Part shown: one piece after another, positions 11,356 to 22,821 of the stretch | How the letters are laid out: the number at the start of each line of letters is the position of its first letter | Numbering within the stretch: the stretch's first letter is position 1 | DNA from: an uncultured Methanomicrobiaceae archaeon | GTDB taxonomy: Archaea; Halobacteriota; Methanomicrobia; Methanomicrobiales; Methanoculleaceae | Reading direction: 5' to 3' | DNA length: 64,000 nt | Assembly: GCA_963826525.1 (NCBI GenBank) | Contig: CAWGXH010000004.1 | Location: 96,001-160,000 of the forward strand | Made by a program: the position numbers and the translations under genes | Notes under the pieces: model-generated | What the model saw: the letters and a program-made list of their open reading frames with translations, nothing else | The model's database searches: none | What the model was told of the DNA's origin: nothing

Positions 11356-12267
11356 TATTGCCATACCACGGGATAGCGCCGAATTGCTTCGCTGATACCC
11401 TGCACATAGTACATACGCCGGTAGGTCACCCCAGACCTGGTTGCCTCCGTCATCCGGGTGTTCCATCCCGGAACCATCACGCAGAGAGGTTCTATCTTCT
11501 GGCTCTCTAAATCCTGCTCTTTTGCCGACCGTTCACCAGAACGTGCGACCATCTCACACTTTCTATGCTGAATCCCACCTTTCGCACTTACCCGACCTCT
11601 TCTCTGAATTCTCAAACCACAAGATCCTCGTACTTCAGGAAAAACGCCTATGAGGCCGCGTCTGCTGATCTCATCGAAGGCTTCGACGTCTCGACGGCCA
11701 CCTTGGGATCATCGCCGGGAACCGCGACTCCCATCCCGCTCATCGTGCCCGAACGATCCCCAGGCCTGTTTCCAACAATATATTTCCCTAAAAGGCTCTG
11801 TGTGCTGGAGAATTGTCAATATGACCCCGGCGAAGCCGGTATATCCATGATAAACGTCTGCAACCAGTTTGCGGGAGATGAATAATCAGAGAGATCGAAC
11901 GTCGGTCTCAGATTGTCAGATACATTTAAGTTGGAGTACCTGTTACCAATCCCCGCCGGCGAGTTGTGCTCAAAGGGGTGCGCATGATCCGGGACCGGTC
12001 TTTCCTAGGATACTGTCAACGGTATGTCTCTCTGTACGTGTCCACCCGTAGTCGAGCGAAATCGTGCCGGCGAGAGCATCCGGAAGATACTATCTAATGA
12101 ACCCGGGGGTGACATAACTATCCTTCACATCGTTTGCCTGTGCCTACCGACATGGGAGACCCTTCCTCTGTACCTGCATGACGATAGTATTGGATTCCTG
12201 ATGAAGGGGCTGGATCTGCCCCCACAGCACTCGACTCCGGGAGATGTGTGCCAAAGGAGGCACTGAA

Positions 12268-14186
12268 ATGAGTAGAATCCCCTTCAAGATCCCGGAGGGC
12301 ATTTCAGTCTCGTTTCCGGCGCATTGATATTTCGCTTGCCGCCATCGGCGTCGTTACTGCAGTTATCCAGCTGGTTCGCGGGATCGCCAGCGGCAGCATC
12401 GTCTCTTCCCTCTTTGGGGTCTATCTCCTTGTCCCCTGCGTCGCATGGCTATATATGGGATCGCAAAAAACGCTGATCCCCAATACTCCATGCCACTCCG
12501 GTAAGGCATTCTTTGCTCTCTTCAACATAGGGTTCTGGATACTCGTCGTCGCTGGCATCCTGATGCTCTACCACCAAGGAGACCCCTACCAGCGCCCCCC
12601 GGGCTTTTTGATCACCATCATCCTTATGGCAGGCGTGCTGGTCTGCGAAGTGTTCTACTCCACGGAACAGACCTCTAGGTTAATTCTCCCGCAGATCATC
12701 CTGCTCGGCGTCTCTATCACCTGGTCGCAGGTGATAAATTACCCCAGCATAGTCGGCGTGGATCCGTGGTTCCACCAGATGTTCACAAATCACCTTATTG
12801 AGTACCATCATCTCACACAGGATTACAGTTATGCCCATTTCCCTATCTTCCATCTGATCGTTGGTCAGACTGCAATTCTGACGGGGCTCGACTACAAGAC
12901 GGCAACCCTCTTTTCAGCGAACCTGATACAGATCTCCTGCAACGTGCTCTTTGTCTACCTCCTCACGGTCACCGTCCTCCGGAACCCGAAAGTGGGTATA
13001 CTCGCTTCCCTACTGGTGGTCATCTCACCCTATCATATCTACATGAGTAACTCGCCCATTCCAAACGCATTTGCAGCGGTTTTCATCGTGATTGGACTCT
13101 ACCTCCTGTTCCGTCGCAGAGAGGTCTCCGGATTTTTCATCGGACTCCTTGGCCTTATTCTGGGTACGTTGGCCCTTACCCACACCATCTCCGCCCTCTG
13201 TATGGCGATCCTTCTCTTCACTGCCTGGGGGGCATCGGTTGTCTACCGGAGGTGGCATCCCGGATATGAAAGATATTCCTTCTCCCTTCCCCTGGCAGTT
13301 ATCTTCACGGCAGCGATGCTGGGATGGTGGCTCATGGATACAATCACCGGGAGGACCCTCGCCGAACTCCTTATGGAATCATTCGACGTTCACTTCTTCA
13401 ACACGGGGCCCGCAGATCTTTTGGACTATACACCGTGGTTGCCGGTTGAGGTGGCCTATAACAATACGGGTATATACCTGCCACTCTTCTTCTCGTTAAT
13501 CGGCATTTTATTCATGATCTCGGTGAGAGCCACGCCGCGTCAGTTTGTTGCCGCTTTTGTCGGCCTTGCCCCATTTATCGTAACGTTTCTGGCGCTTTTT
13601 GCCGGGATTGCCATAATCCCCGACAGGTGGTTCTACTTCTCGGGTATCTTTCTCAGCGTCCCGCTGGCTCTGGCTATATTTCTGGTGGCCGAAAACTGGA
13701 AAGATCGTTCCCCGATCATATCGGTTGCGATACCTGTACTCGATTGTTACCTTCTTCGCATTCCTGGCCATCACAAACCCGGTGGCAGAGGTGGCAGACC
13801 ACTGGGATCCATTCGTCTCCCCCAATAGCACCCGTTACGCCCTCTTCGAGTCTGAGATCAGCGCGCTCCATGTGATTGCAGGTGTCAACCAATCTCCAAT
13901 AAAGACCGACAGGTACTACGCAGATAGCCAGAAGTGGATTACTAATCTCACGATCCCGTTCGACGACGAGATCTACCTGCGTGACTACAGGGGGCTCTCC
14001 AGGGATCTAGTCATGGTCCGGAGTGCCGTTGAGGATGAGACATTTTTACTGTACTCGACGCCCTACAGGCTTGACTACAACCTGAGCTCGGACCTATCGA
14101 GGGCAGGTTTTTCGCAGATGTATAACTCCCGGACAGTGAAGGGATATCTCCTCCAGCGTGGATCCAGTCCCCGTGCTCCGGGATAG
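12268..14186 (+). CDS. Polytopic membrane protein, GT-C-like (frameshifted)
   Basis: AGGAGG RBS before ATG 12268; GVDPWFH, YAHFPIFH, LTHTIS motifs typical of archaeal GT-C-like proteins in glycan loci. Confidence 0.65.
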
Positions 14187-14409
14187 CCCCGGCGGGTGGT
14201 TACGACTTAAACTGCCGGGCAGACAATAGACCGGGCGGCGTCGAACGGGTCCGCCTCACTGCCGTCCTCGTGTGTGAGCATATTGAGAATAATGATCGAG
14301 ATGCCGGATCCCGGCAGGCGAGAAGTGAGGGGTGCAGAGGGGATCGCTGCACCGTAAGTGAGTTTGCAGCCTGCTGGAGAATATGGGAGGGAGAGCCCCT
14401 CAGTATCCT

Positions 14410-16230
14410 TTAGATGGGCTTCAGCGTCGGGTTGAAACTGTATATCTGCGCCATCCAGGCCTCGGTGACCTTGAGCGTCCAGGTCCAGGTCTGGTAGCCA
14501 TCTTTCCTCATCTCCACGGCATGCGTACCGATGGTGATCCCCGGGATAACGGCGGGGGTCGTGCCCACGAACTTGCCGTCAAGGTAGATTGCGGCGCCTG
14601 ACGGGGAAGTAGTGAACCGCACAGATGCCGTCGAGGCTGGTTTCAATGTCGGGTTGAAACTGTATATCCGTGCCATCCAGGCCTCGGTGACCTTGAGCGT
14701 CCAGGTCCAGGTCTGGTAGCCATCTTTCCTCATCTCCACGGCATGCGTACCCATGGTGATCCCCGGGATAACGGCGGGGGTCTGTGCCCACGAACTTGCC
14801 GTCAAGGTAGATTGCGGCGCCTGACGGGGAGGTAGTGAACCGCACGGATGCCGTCGATCCGGGCGTCTGTGTTGGCGTTGGTGTTGGCGTTGGTGTTGGT
14901 GTTGGTGTTGGTGAGGAGAGGATCGCACAGTTGACAAATGCCTTTAAGGCACCGCTGACAGCGACATTCTGAACCTGTACCTTGGCCGGTGCACTGTTGT
15001 ACACGCCGTAGCGGTACCCCTGGACACTTGAGTCCTTCAAGCTGGATCGTGTCCGCGTGCGCAACGGTTGACTCGACATTGATCCCGGGATTGGGCTGGC
15101 TAATGCCACCCGAAGAGATCTCCAGGCCCTCTATGAGAAGATTGGCGGTTCCGCTTCGAATCTGAACCGGTATTGTCTCTCCAGTAAGCAAGGATGAAGT
15201 AATCGTCATGCCCGATACGGATGCGATGCTGAAACCGAAGTCGGAACCTACATCGGAACACCGTTCAAGCGTGATCACCCCGGCGTCACCGAGGAAACCA
15301 ATGAAGTTGTTCTCCGAAGTGCAGTTGATGCACGAGACACCCTTACTGATTACTTACCCGGCGCCACAGTCAGGCTCAACACCGGCAAGCTTCTCTTTCT
15401 GGGCGTTATCTTTGCTGACGCAGTCGACAAGCCGGACGCTGGTCTTCGTGGGCAGAGCCTCAAAGTGGAACCCGGACTCCCAGTTGCCTTCTGCGCGGCA
15501 CCGGATCACCTCGGCGTTTTCCAGGTTGTTGCGTTCGGCAAAGTCGAACCCGGTGACCCAGGGGTTGAACCGGCTGGACCGGCCGCAGTTGATCGCCTCG
15601 CACTCGGTAAAGACGACATCCTTGATCGTCAGAGTACTCGGAGGCGCTCAGGAGAAAGCCGTAGGTCCCCGGATCGATCGCCCTGCACCTGAAAAACTCG
15701 ATGTCGGTGATCTGATGGTGGTAGCCGCTGTCGACTTCGCTGACCACGAAGAACACGGCCTGGATCGAGTCGTCGGCAGTCGCTGTGATATCCCGCAGGA
15801 CAGCGTGGCTTGCCCTGACGGTGATCACGCCGCACCACGGGTTGGCGATACAGTCTTTACCGGAGACCGAGAAGTCTTCCAGCGTGACTTACTCTTCGTC
15901 AACGAGAAGGGCGCTGTTTGTGAAGGCGAGCGAGGTCTTCGATTCGCCCTGTCCCCGGAGCGTCGTATGGGCTTTGGGTGCAAGGTTCCCTTTGCACCGG
16001 AAAGTCCCCGCGGTCAGTACCACCTCCCCCCCGGAGGCTGGAAGTGCGGCGAGCGCCGCCTGGATCTCCTGCTGGTCGTTCACCCCGTCGCAGAGGTAAT
16101 CGGCCGAGGCCCGGACAGCAGCGCTGCTGTCGCTTGCGGCTACCGTCACGGTGGCTGCCCCGGCAACATTGATCAGGCTGACGAGGAATAACACTCCCAG
16201 GAGAAGTTTCATCAAATTATTGCTTTCCAT
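14410..16230 (-). CDS. Secreted right-handed beta-helix protein with PT linker and two PEGA domains (frameshifted)
   Basis: Signal peptide; ADYLCDGVNDQQEIQAALAAL...GGEVVLTAGTF pectin-lyase-like N-terminus; TPTPTP linker; two FTTSPSGAAIYLDGKFVGT PEGA repeats. Confidence 0.8.
14425..14855 (-). repeat. Tandem near-identical PEGA-domain coding repeats (about 222-bp period)
   Basis: GTCGGGTTGAAACTGTATATC...CCGCAC occurs at about 14426 and about 14648. Confidence 0.9.
14868..14912 (-). repeat. Hexamer microsatellite (GTTGGY)n encoding Thr-Pro linker
   Basis: GTTGGCGTTGGTGTTGGCGTTGGTGTTGGT... Confidence 0.9.
15392..16146. repeat. 755-bp direct repeat, copy 1
   Basis: Near-identical to 17755-18509 (offset 2363); I saw about 4 differences. 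Confidence 0.95.
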
Positions 16231-16299
16231 ATATAAACCCCCAATATATTTCCAATCCGCCAACGGTCGTCTATAATCCGTCAGGATCGGACAGAAATT

Positions 16300-16420
16300 A
16301 GTGTACATATATAGTATAAAAAGGTTTTTAAATTTATTTTGTTTTTAAACTGGCCTTTATAAAAATTGACCGTCAAATATGACTTAATACACACTTAAAC
16401 CTTATAACGTGGGCCAACGG
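16300..16420 (-). promoter_or_regulatory. AT-rich promoter region of the PEGA/beta-helix gene
   Basis: Very AT-rich tract with TTTTTATACTATATA on the minus strand about 85 bp upstream of ATG 16230. Confidence 0.5.
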
Positions 16421-17293
16421 TTGGCCTCAACTATTATATGGTTCGTGGGCCCGTCCCCGAATTGGTCTCGACCGGACGGGGAGCCCTGTCTGGGCCCCTC
16501 CGACCGGAGGTATTTTCGACAGGTGAAGGCATAGCACGATCATGCGCGCCGCCAGTGCCCGGCCATCCCATTGTAGAGGAGAGCGGCCGGTCGCAGGATA
16601 TGAATTTGAGAACCTGCTGTCTTTCGAGAAGGGCTTGAAGGAAGTATCCCTGCTCGCCTCTCCGGTGTTCGAACCCGGTACGCTGCGCTGATCGTTACCT
16701 GCGCCTGCGAGCGCTCGCACGCCCGAGCGCCGATAGGAGCCCTCGCAAAGGCCAGGGTACATCTCTGCTTTCGGTTGAGCCTGTATGATACAGAGCGCAA
16801 GTATCCGGAAGCAGCCCGGCTCCTCGCGAAGGGATACAGACGATCCCGATGGTTGCGAGGTGCGCTGCCGGGGTGAAGGCCGGTAAACGCCGAGTAACTT
16901 AGAGATTGTCCCAAACACCTTCGCCGGGAGGGGGGCACCTCCTCCCCAGCCCCTCCCCCGTGTTGTGACACCTGAGTAAAGGCCGTTTCCTCATTTGGTC
17001 CCCCGTCAGGGCTCAGGCGGCAGAAATCTCATACATAAATGTTCAGATTAAAGTGTAGCGATAGTTTGCAGACCCTTCTGGACGGCCTCTTACGGAAGAA
17101 GTCGGGGGACGAAAGGGATCTGCCCTGGACGCAGACTCCGCATGTCTGCGGCTATTGCATCCGGAACACTGCAGAGAGGGAAATTAATGCTGACGTTACG
17201 GGAGGCGATCGAACGGTGGAAAATTCACGTGAAAGAGCCTGGCTGCGACAGCGAGCCAATCCGGTTCGTCCAGAATATCGCAATTGATGAAAT

Positions 17294-18692
17294 CTACCGC
17301 ATTCCAGAGACCTCCACGTTTTTGACCCGTACGGCGCCCGCTGCAGTATTGATGATGCCGTATCGGTATCCCTGGATATGAGAGTCCTGTATCAGGATCT
17401 CCGGTGCGTTCCAGACGTCACGTGCCACGGTAATGCCCGCTGTTTCGCCCGATAGATTCTCCGACGATATTGCAAGTCTCCCAAGTGTCACACCAACCAT
17501 GTCCCCCTTCCCGAAGACGATCGGATGTAACTCCCCTGTGGCGCTGGAAGATGTCAGGTGCGCTCCTCGCGAGTCGTTCAGGCAGCTCAGCACGTACCGG
17601 GTCCGGGAGGCTCTCTCCGTGCAATTGACAATCTCGAAACCACCACCGGTACAATAGAAGCCAACATCATTATTCTCCGATGTGCAGTTTAGCAGACGCA
17701 TGTCCCCGTTTACCAGGTATCCTGCGCCAAAGACGATCCTGGCAGCTCCTGTCCTCTCTTTCTGGGCGTTATCTTTGCTGACGCAGTCGACAAGCCGGAC
17801 GCTGGTCTTCGTGGGCAGAGCCTCAAAGTGGAACCCGGACTCCCAGTTGCCTTCTGCGCGGCACCGGATCACCTCGGCGTTTTCCAGGTTGTTGCGTTCG
17901 GCAAAGTCGAACCCGGTGACCCAGGGGTTGAACCGGCTGTACCGGCCGCAGTTGATCGCCTCGCACTCGGTAAAGACGACATCCTTGATCGTCAAGTACT
18001 CGGAGGCGCTCAGGAGAAAGCCGTAGGTCCCCGGATCGATCGCCCTGCACCTGAAAAACTCGATGTCGGTGATCTGATGGTGGTAGCCGCTGTCGACTTC
18101 GCTGACCACGAAGAACACGGCCTGGATCGAGTCGTCGGCAGTCGCTGTGATATCCCGCAGGACAGCGTGGCTTGCCCTGACGGTGATCACGCCGCACCAC
18201 GGGTTGGCGATACAGTCTTTACCGGAGACCGAGAAGTCTTCCAGCGTGACTGTACTCTTCGTCAACGAGAAGGGCGCTGTTTGTGAAGGCGAGCGAGGTC
18301 TTCGATTCGCCCTGTCCCCGGAGCGTCGTATGGGCTTTGGGTGCAAGGTTCCCTTTGCACCGGAAGGTCCCCGCGGTCAGTACCACCTCCCCCCCGGAGG
18401 CTGGAAGTGCGGCGAGCGCCGCCTGGATCTCCTGCTGGTCGTTCACCCCGTCGCAGAGGTAATCGGCCGAGGCCCGGACAGCAGCGCTGCTGTCGCTTGC
18501 GGCTACCGTGATCGCCAGCGCACGCGTAAGGCTTCCATCCGATCCGTTCGCCAGCGCAGCTTGGCTGCCGGGAGAGAAGGGCGTTAGAGTTGGGAAAACC
18601 GCCAGAATCAGGAGTATAGAGAGTAGTGTGCGAGTCAGTCGCTTCACCCAGCTCGGATGATATCTATGGAGATGCTTTCTATGCTCTGTCAT
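17294..18692 (-). CDS. Secreted right-handed beta-helix protein, paralog without PEGA (frameshifted)
   Basis: Hydrophobic leader, same ADYLCDGVNDQ N-terminus and beta-helix core; divergent C-terminus. Confidence 0.8.
17755..18509. repeat. 755-bp direct repeat, copy 2
   Basis: Near-identical to 15392-16146. Confidence 0.95.
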
Positions 18693-18916
18693 GTCATGGC
18701 GTTCTCCGTCCTCCTCCACAGGATATGCCTCCTGAAGGGCGTTTTGTAAGTGACCTTTGTTTCCCAAAGCGCATCGGTGGCTAAGGCGAACCCGGGTCCC
18801 CTGACACCTCTCTCCTCACGAGAACAGCCCGATCCGCCGGCTGTCCGAGCAGTTCCCTCTCCATACCGGGGTTCGTTGGACCGAGGAGGTGCAGCCGTAT
18901 CGATGCGGCCACACCA

Positions 18917-20052
18917 TCAACTCACCACGTTCTGCAGTACGCGTGCAATATAAGCGATCTCAGGGCGTTGCAGGGTTGGATACATCGGCAGGCTGAGTAC
19001 CTTACCGGCAACCTCCTCGGTTACAGGCAGTTCTCCTCCGGTATACCCAAATATATCCCGGAAGTAGCGTGTCAGGTGAACCGGCGGGAAGATGCACACT
19101 TTTCGACGCTATATTGAATTCCTGCAGTTGTCTCATGATGTCATCCCTGTTCGCGCCGGCCCCGTCGATCAGGATCGAGAAGAGTTGATGCACGTTGAGG
19201 CACCCCAGAGGGGTCTTCGGAACCTCGATCCGGCTGATTCCCGATAGTTCATGCCGGTAGTACTCAGGCACAGCGACGTCTCATCTCGATGATCTTGTCG
19301 ACGCTCTCAAGCTGGCTCAACCCCAGGCATGCAAGAATATCTGGCATGCGGAAATTAAATCCCAGGGCAACATAGTCCCCACATTCTGTCGAGGAGAAGT
19401 AGTTGCCCTGTTCCTGTCGCCCGTGAGACCGGATCAGCCTCAGCCGTTCATCGAGGTCCTTTGAGTCGGTGACGATGGCGCCCCCTTCTCCGGTCGTGAT
19501 AATCTTGTTCTGGCAGAAGCTGAACATAGCCAGATCGCCGAATGTTCCAACTCCTGTGCCCCGGACCCTGGCGCCGAATGCCTCTGCCGCATCCTCGAAG
19601 AGAAGGAGGTTATGGTCTGTGGCGATCTCCCGCAGCGCTTCTATTGAGCACGGGCATCCGCCGTAGTGAACAGGTAGGATAGCTCGTGTATTTCGGGTGA
19701 TCTTTTCCTGCACATCTTCCGGATCCAGACCCAGATCCTCTCGCTTGATATCGGCAAAGATCGGTTTTGCACCCACCATGAGCGGTGCATTTGCAGTCGC
19801 AATGAAGGTGAACGAGGGGACGATGACTTCGTCCCCTGCATGGATCCTGTTGGCCAGAAGTCCGGCATGAAGCGCAGAAGTGCCGGAGTTGAACGTCGTG
19901 CAGTATTTCACGCCGATATAATCGCCGATGGCTCTTTCAAACCTCTCGACATCAGGACCGGTTGTCCAGAACATGCCCCGTCTAATTACATCTCTGATCC
20001 TGTCGATATCATCGTCGTTCCAGAAGATCTGAAAAAGCGGTACCTGCATCAT
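18917..20052 (-). CDS. DegT/DnrJ/EryC1/StrS sugar aminotransferase (frameshifted)
   Basis: NSGTSALH, VPSFTFIAT, EDAAEA, FSFCQNKIITTGEGG, LSLPMYP. Confidence 0.92.
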
Positions 20053-20240
20053 ATGACCCCCATTTATGTGGTTACCTCGATCGTTCATCATCACGAGCCC
20101 GGTTGTTGTCCTTGAATGATAGTATTGTGGCTCTTCCAGGAGGCCCGGCACACCATCCGACGCGCCCGGGAAAGGTCAGGATCGCTCTCCAGCCGGTTCC
20201 CGTGCCGTCGGATGGTGTGCCGGGAGTTCTGTGTCCCTCG

Positions 20241-21193
20241 CTACCGTGGCTTTGTCCATTCTTCAAACCGGTAATTCTTATACCAGTTGACGAGTCTGCG
20301 AGGGCCTGGTCGATCGAGTATCGGGTCGCCAGCCCAGTTTATTTGCCTGTGAAATATCAGCGATGAGCCTCTGAACCTCTCCGGGTCTTGGATCTACGTG
20401 AACTGGCTCTATGTCTCTCTCGCAGAGATCGGCGATCTTCTTTGCCAGATCAAGGATTGGATATCAGCCCCCGATCCGAAGTTGATGGGCTCCGTAAGTA
20501 TCCCATCATAGTTGAGAAGGATATCGTACGCCCTCACAATATCATGGATATATGTGTAGTCTCTTGTCTGACTCCCGTCGCCGTAAATGATCGGCGGGCT
20601 CCCGTTCAGCACTCTCCGGATGAAGATGGAGATGACCCCGCCGTACCGGAATCTTTCTGGTGCGGCCCATAGATGTTGAACGGCCGGATGACGGTGATGT
20701 TCATCCCGTAGGTGCAGATATACGCGTAGCACATCCGGTCTGCAGCGATTTTGCTTGCGCCATACGGATGCGGTGCGTTTAACGGATGTGCTTCATCCAT
20801 CGGGGAGTACTGGGCTGAGCCATAGACCTCGCTTGTGGAGGCGTGGATCACTTTTTCAACATCATACATCCGGGCCGCCTCAAGCACTTTCTGCGTCCCG
20901 AGCACGTTTGTTTCATAGGTGAGCTTCGGTTCGATAATTGAGCGGTCGACATGAATCTGTGCTGCCAGGTGAACGACAGCATCCACATCCCGCATCAATT
21001 TCTCCAGGAGATCGAAGTTTTTAATATCTCCAGAAATCAGTTTGAAGTTCCGGAATTTGAGCAAGTGCCGGATATAGGTCAGGTTGCCGTTTAAGAAGTT
21101 GTCCAAGCACAGGACGGTATCCCCCCGCTTCGTATACGTGTCACAGAGATGCGACCCGACAAAGCCCGCACCGCCGGTGATCAGTAACTTCAT
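20241..21193 (-). CDS. NAD-dependent NDP-sugar epimerase/dehydratase (frameshifted)
   Basis: ITGGAGFVGSH, HLAAQIHVDRS, STSEVYG, YGASK. Confidence 0.9.
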
Positions 21194-22299
21194 TTTGCTC
21201 CTCCATTCACCTGGTTCGAGTACACCTCGGCGATCCTCTCCATTTCTTTGTGGTAGTTATACTCTGCTGAAATCTTGCGCCGGTTATTCTTCCCGATCCG
21301 CTCTCGTTCCTGTGGGTGCTCGCAGAGATAGATAATCTTATCTGCAAGTGCCTGGGGAGAGCGAGTCGGAATGACAAACCCATTTTCGTTCTCTTTCACC
21401 CATGCCGCGTTATCACCGAAGTCCGTAATGATCACGGGCAGGCCGCACGCCATCGCTTCGGCGGTGCTGATGGCGAGGCCCGCATCCGAGAGCGACGTTG
21501 AGGCGTAGATGTCAGCGGCACTGAGAAGATGCGGCAGGTCGGTGTTGTGAACGATACCGGGGAAATCGGTCACCTCATCGAGGCCCATCTTCTTTACGGT
21601 CTCCATGAGACCCTCCCGTAGAGGGCCGCCCCCCACGATCGTAAACCGCGCATCCGGGTACTCCCTGATTACGAGCGGGATGGCCTCGATAAGAGTGCCG
21701 AGATCGTAAATGGGGCGGTGCATCCTGGTATTGATAATCCGCCTTACAGTGCCGCCCTCTTCTGCCAGCTGTTCGCTGTCGTATAGGTCAGGCCTGAACT
21801 TTTCCGTATCCACCCCGTAGTAAATGAGCGAGACTTTCGATGGATGAATCCCCTGATCGAGTACCGTCCGATGTGTGATGCTCCCGTCACAGTGAACATG
21901 ATCTGCAACCCTGAGCGTGTGGCGAATGAGCGGTCCCATTGCACCTTTTTGATCGACCAGAACGTCTGAACCCCACACTGACAGGACGAACGGGTGCCTC
22001 CTTGCGAGCAAACCGATAATGCCGTAATCTGTGACGTAGTGCGCGTGGATGATCTCCGGTTGAATCCTGTCAATCTCCCGGCGGGCCCGGATTGCCCGGT
22101 AGGGGAGCGAATAGAACAATCTCCGACGCACCCGCGATCTGCTTGACTCACGCAGATCGTGCATCACAACCCCTTCGGGATCAGAGTCGTACATCGGGTT
22201 GTCGAACGATACGAAATGGACCTCATCCCCTCTCTTAACAAAGTATTTTGCCATTTTTTCAGAGGTTGGCCCCCATACGGATAGGTAACAGATCTTCAT
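21190..22299 (-). CDS. GT4 glycosyltransferase
   Basis: IIHAHY, WGSDV, EAMACGLPVI motifs. Confidence 0.92.
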   Translation of the reverse strand: MKICYLSVWGPTSEKMAKYFVKRGDEVHFVSFDNPMYDSDPEGVVMHDLRESSRSRVRRRLFYSLPYRAIRARREIDRIQPEIIHAHYVTDYGIIGLLARRHPFVLSVWGSDVLVDQKGAMGPLIRHTLRVADHVHCDGSITHRTVLDQGIHPSKVSLIYYGVDTEKFRPDLYDSEQLAEEGGTVRRIINTRMHRPIYDLGTLIEAIPLVIREYPDARFTIVGGGPLREGLMETVKKMGLDEVTDFPGIVHNTDLPHLLSAADIYASTSLSDAGLAISTAEAMACGLPVIITDFGDNAAWVKENENGFVIPTRSPQALADKIIYLCEHPQERERIGKNNRRKISAEYNYHKEMERIAEVYSNQVNGGAK

Positions 22300-22821
22300 C
22301 CCGCCCCCTCTCCCGTATTATGACATATAGTCGTTGCGGTGATGTGTCAGGGATGCCCAGACTCAGTAGTTCGCTAATTTGAGAGCCGGCATACTCTTTG
22401 CCGAATCAGGAAACCAGCATAAAAACGAAAGATCTATAACAGTTGCAGGCGTCCCCTCATGCCTTTTACCCAAAGGAAGAAAACGACCTGCAGAAAGAAT
22501 AGCGACCTCAAACCGAAAGAATGTTGTGTTCATGTCGTCGCGGCACTGGATCAGCACCTGACGATCCCGATCCAGGGACGGCTCACCCAAACAGACCTGT
22601 TTCAGGCCCTGGGCGGCATGGCCGCGATGAATCAATCCATTCACTCGATCACCGGGTTTTTGGAGCACGTACCCTGTGAGACGTCGTTTCACTACCATCT
22701 GAAGAAACTCAATATGGGCGAGTTAGAGCAGAAGAGCACTGCTATCCTCACCCACTTCGTGCACCACGTCCTGAAGCCCGGGAAGTCGTATCAGTTCGCG
22801 ATCGACTACACCAACGATCCG

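Noticed and set aside
16921-16970. G/C-rich hairpin as a MITE or REP (loosely similar to 2030-2230)
   Set aside because: No clear second copy, TIR or TSD within the window
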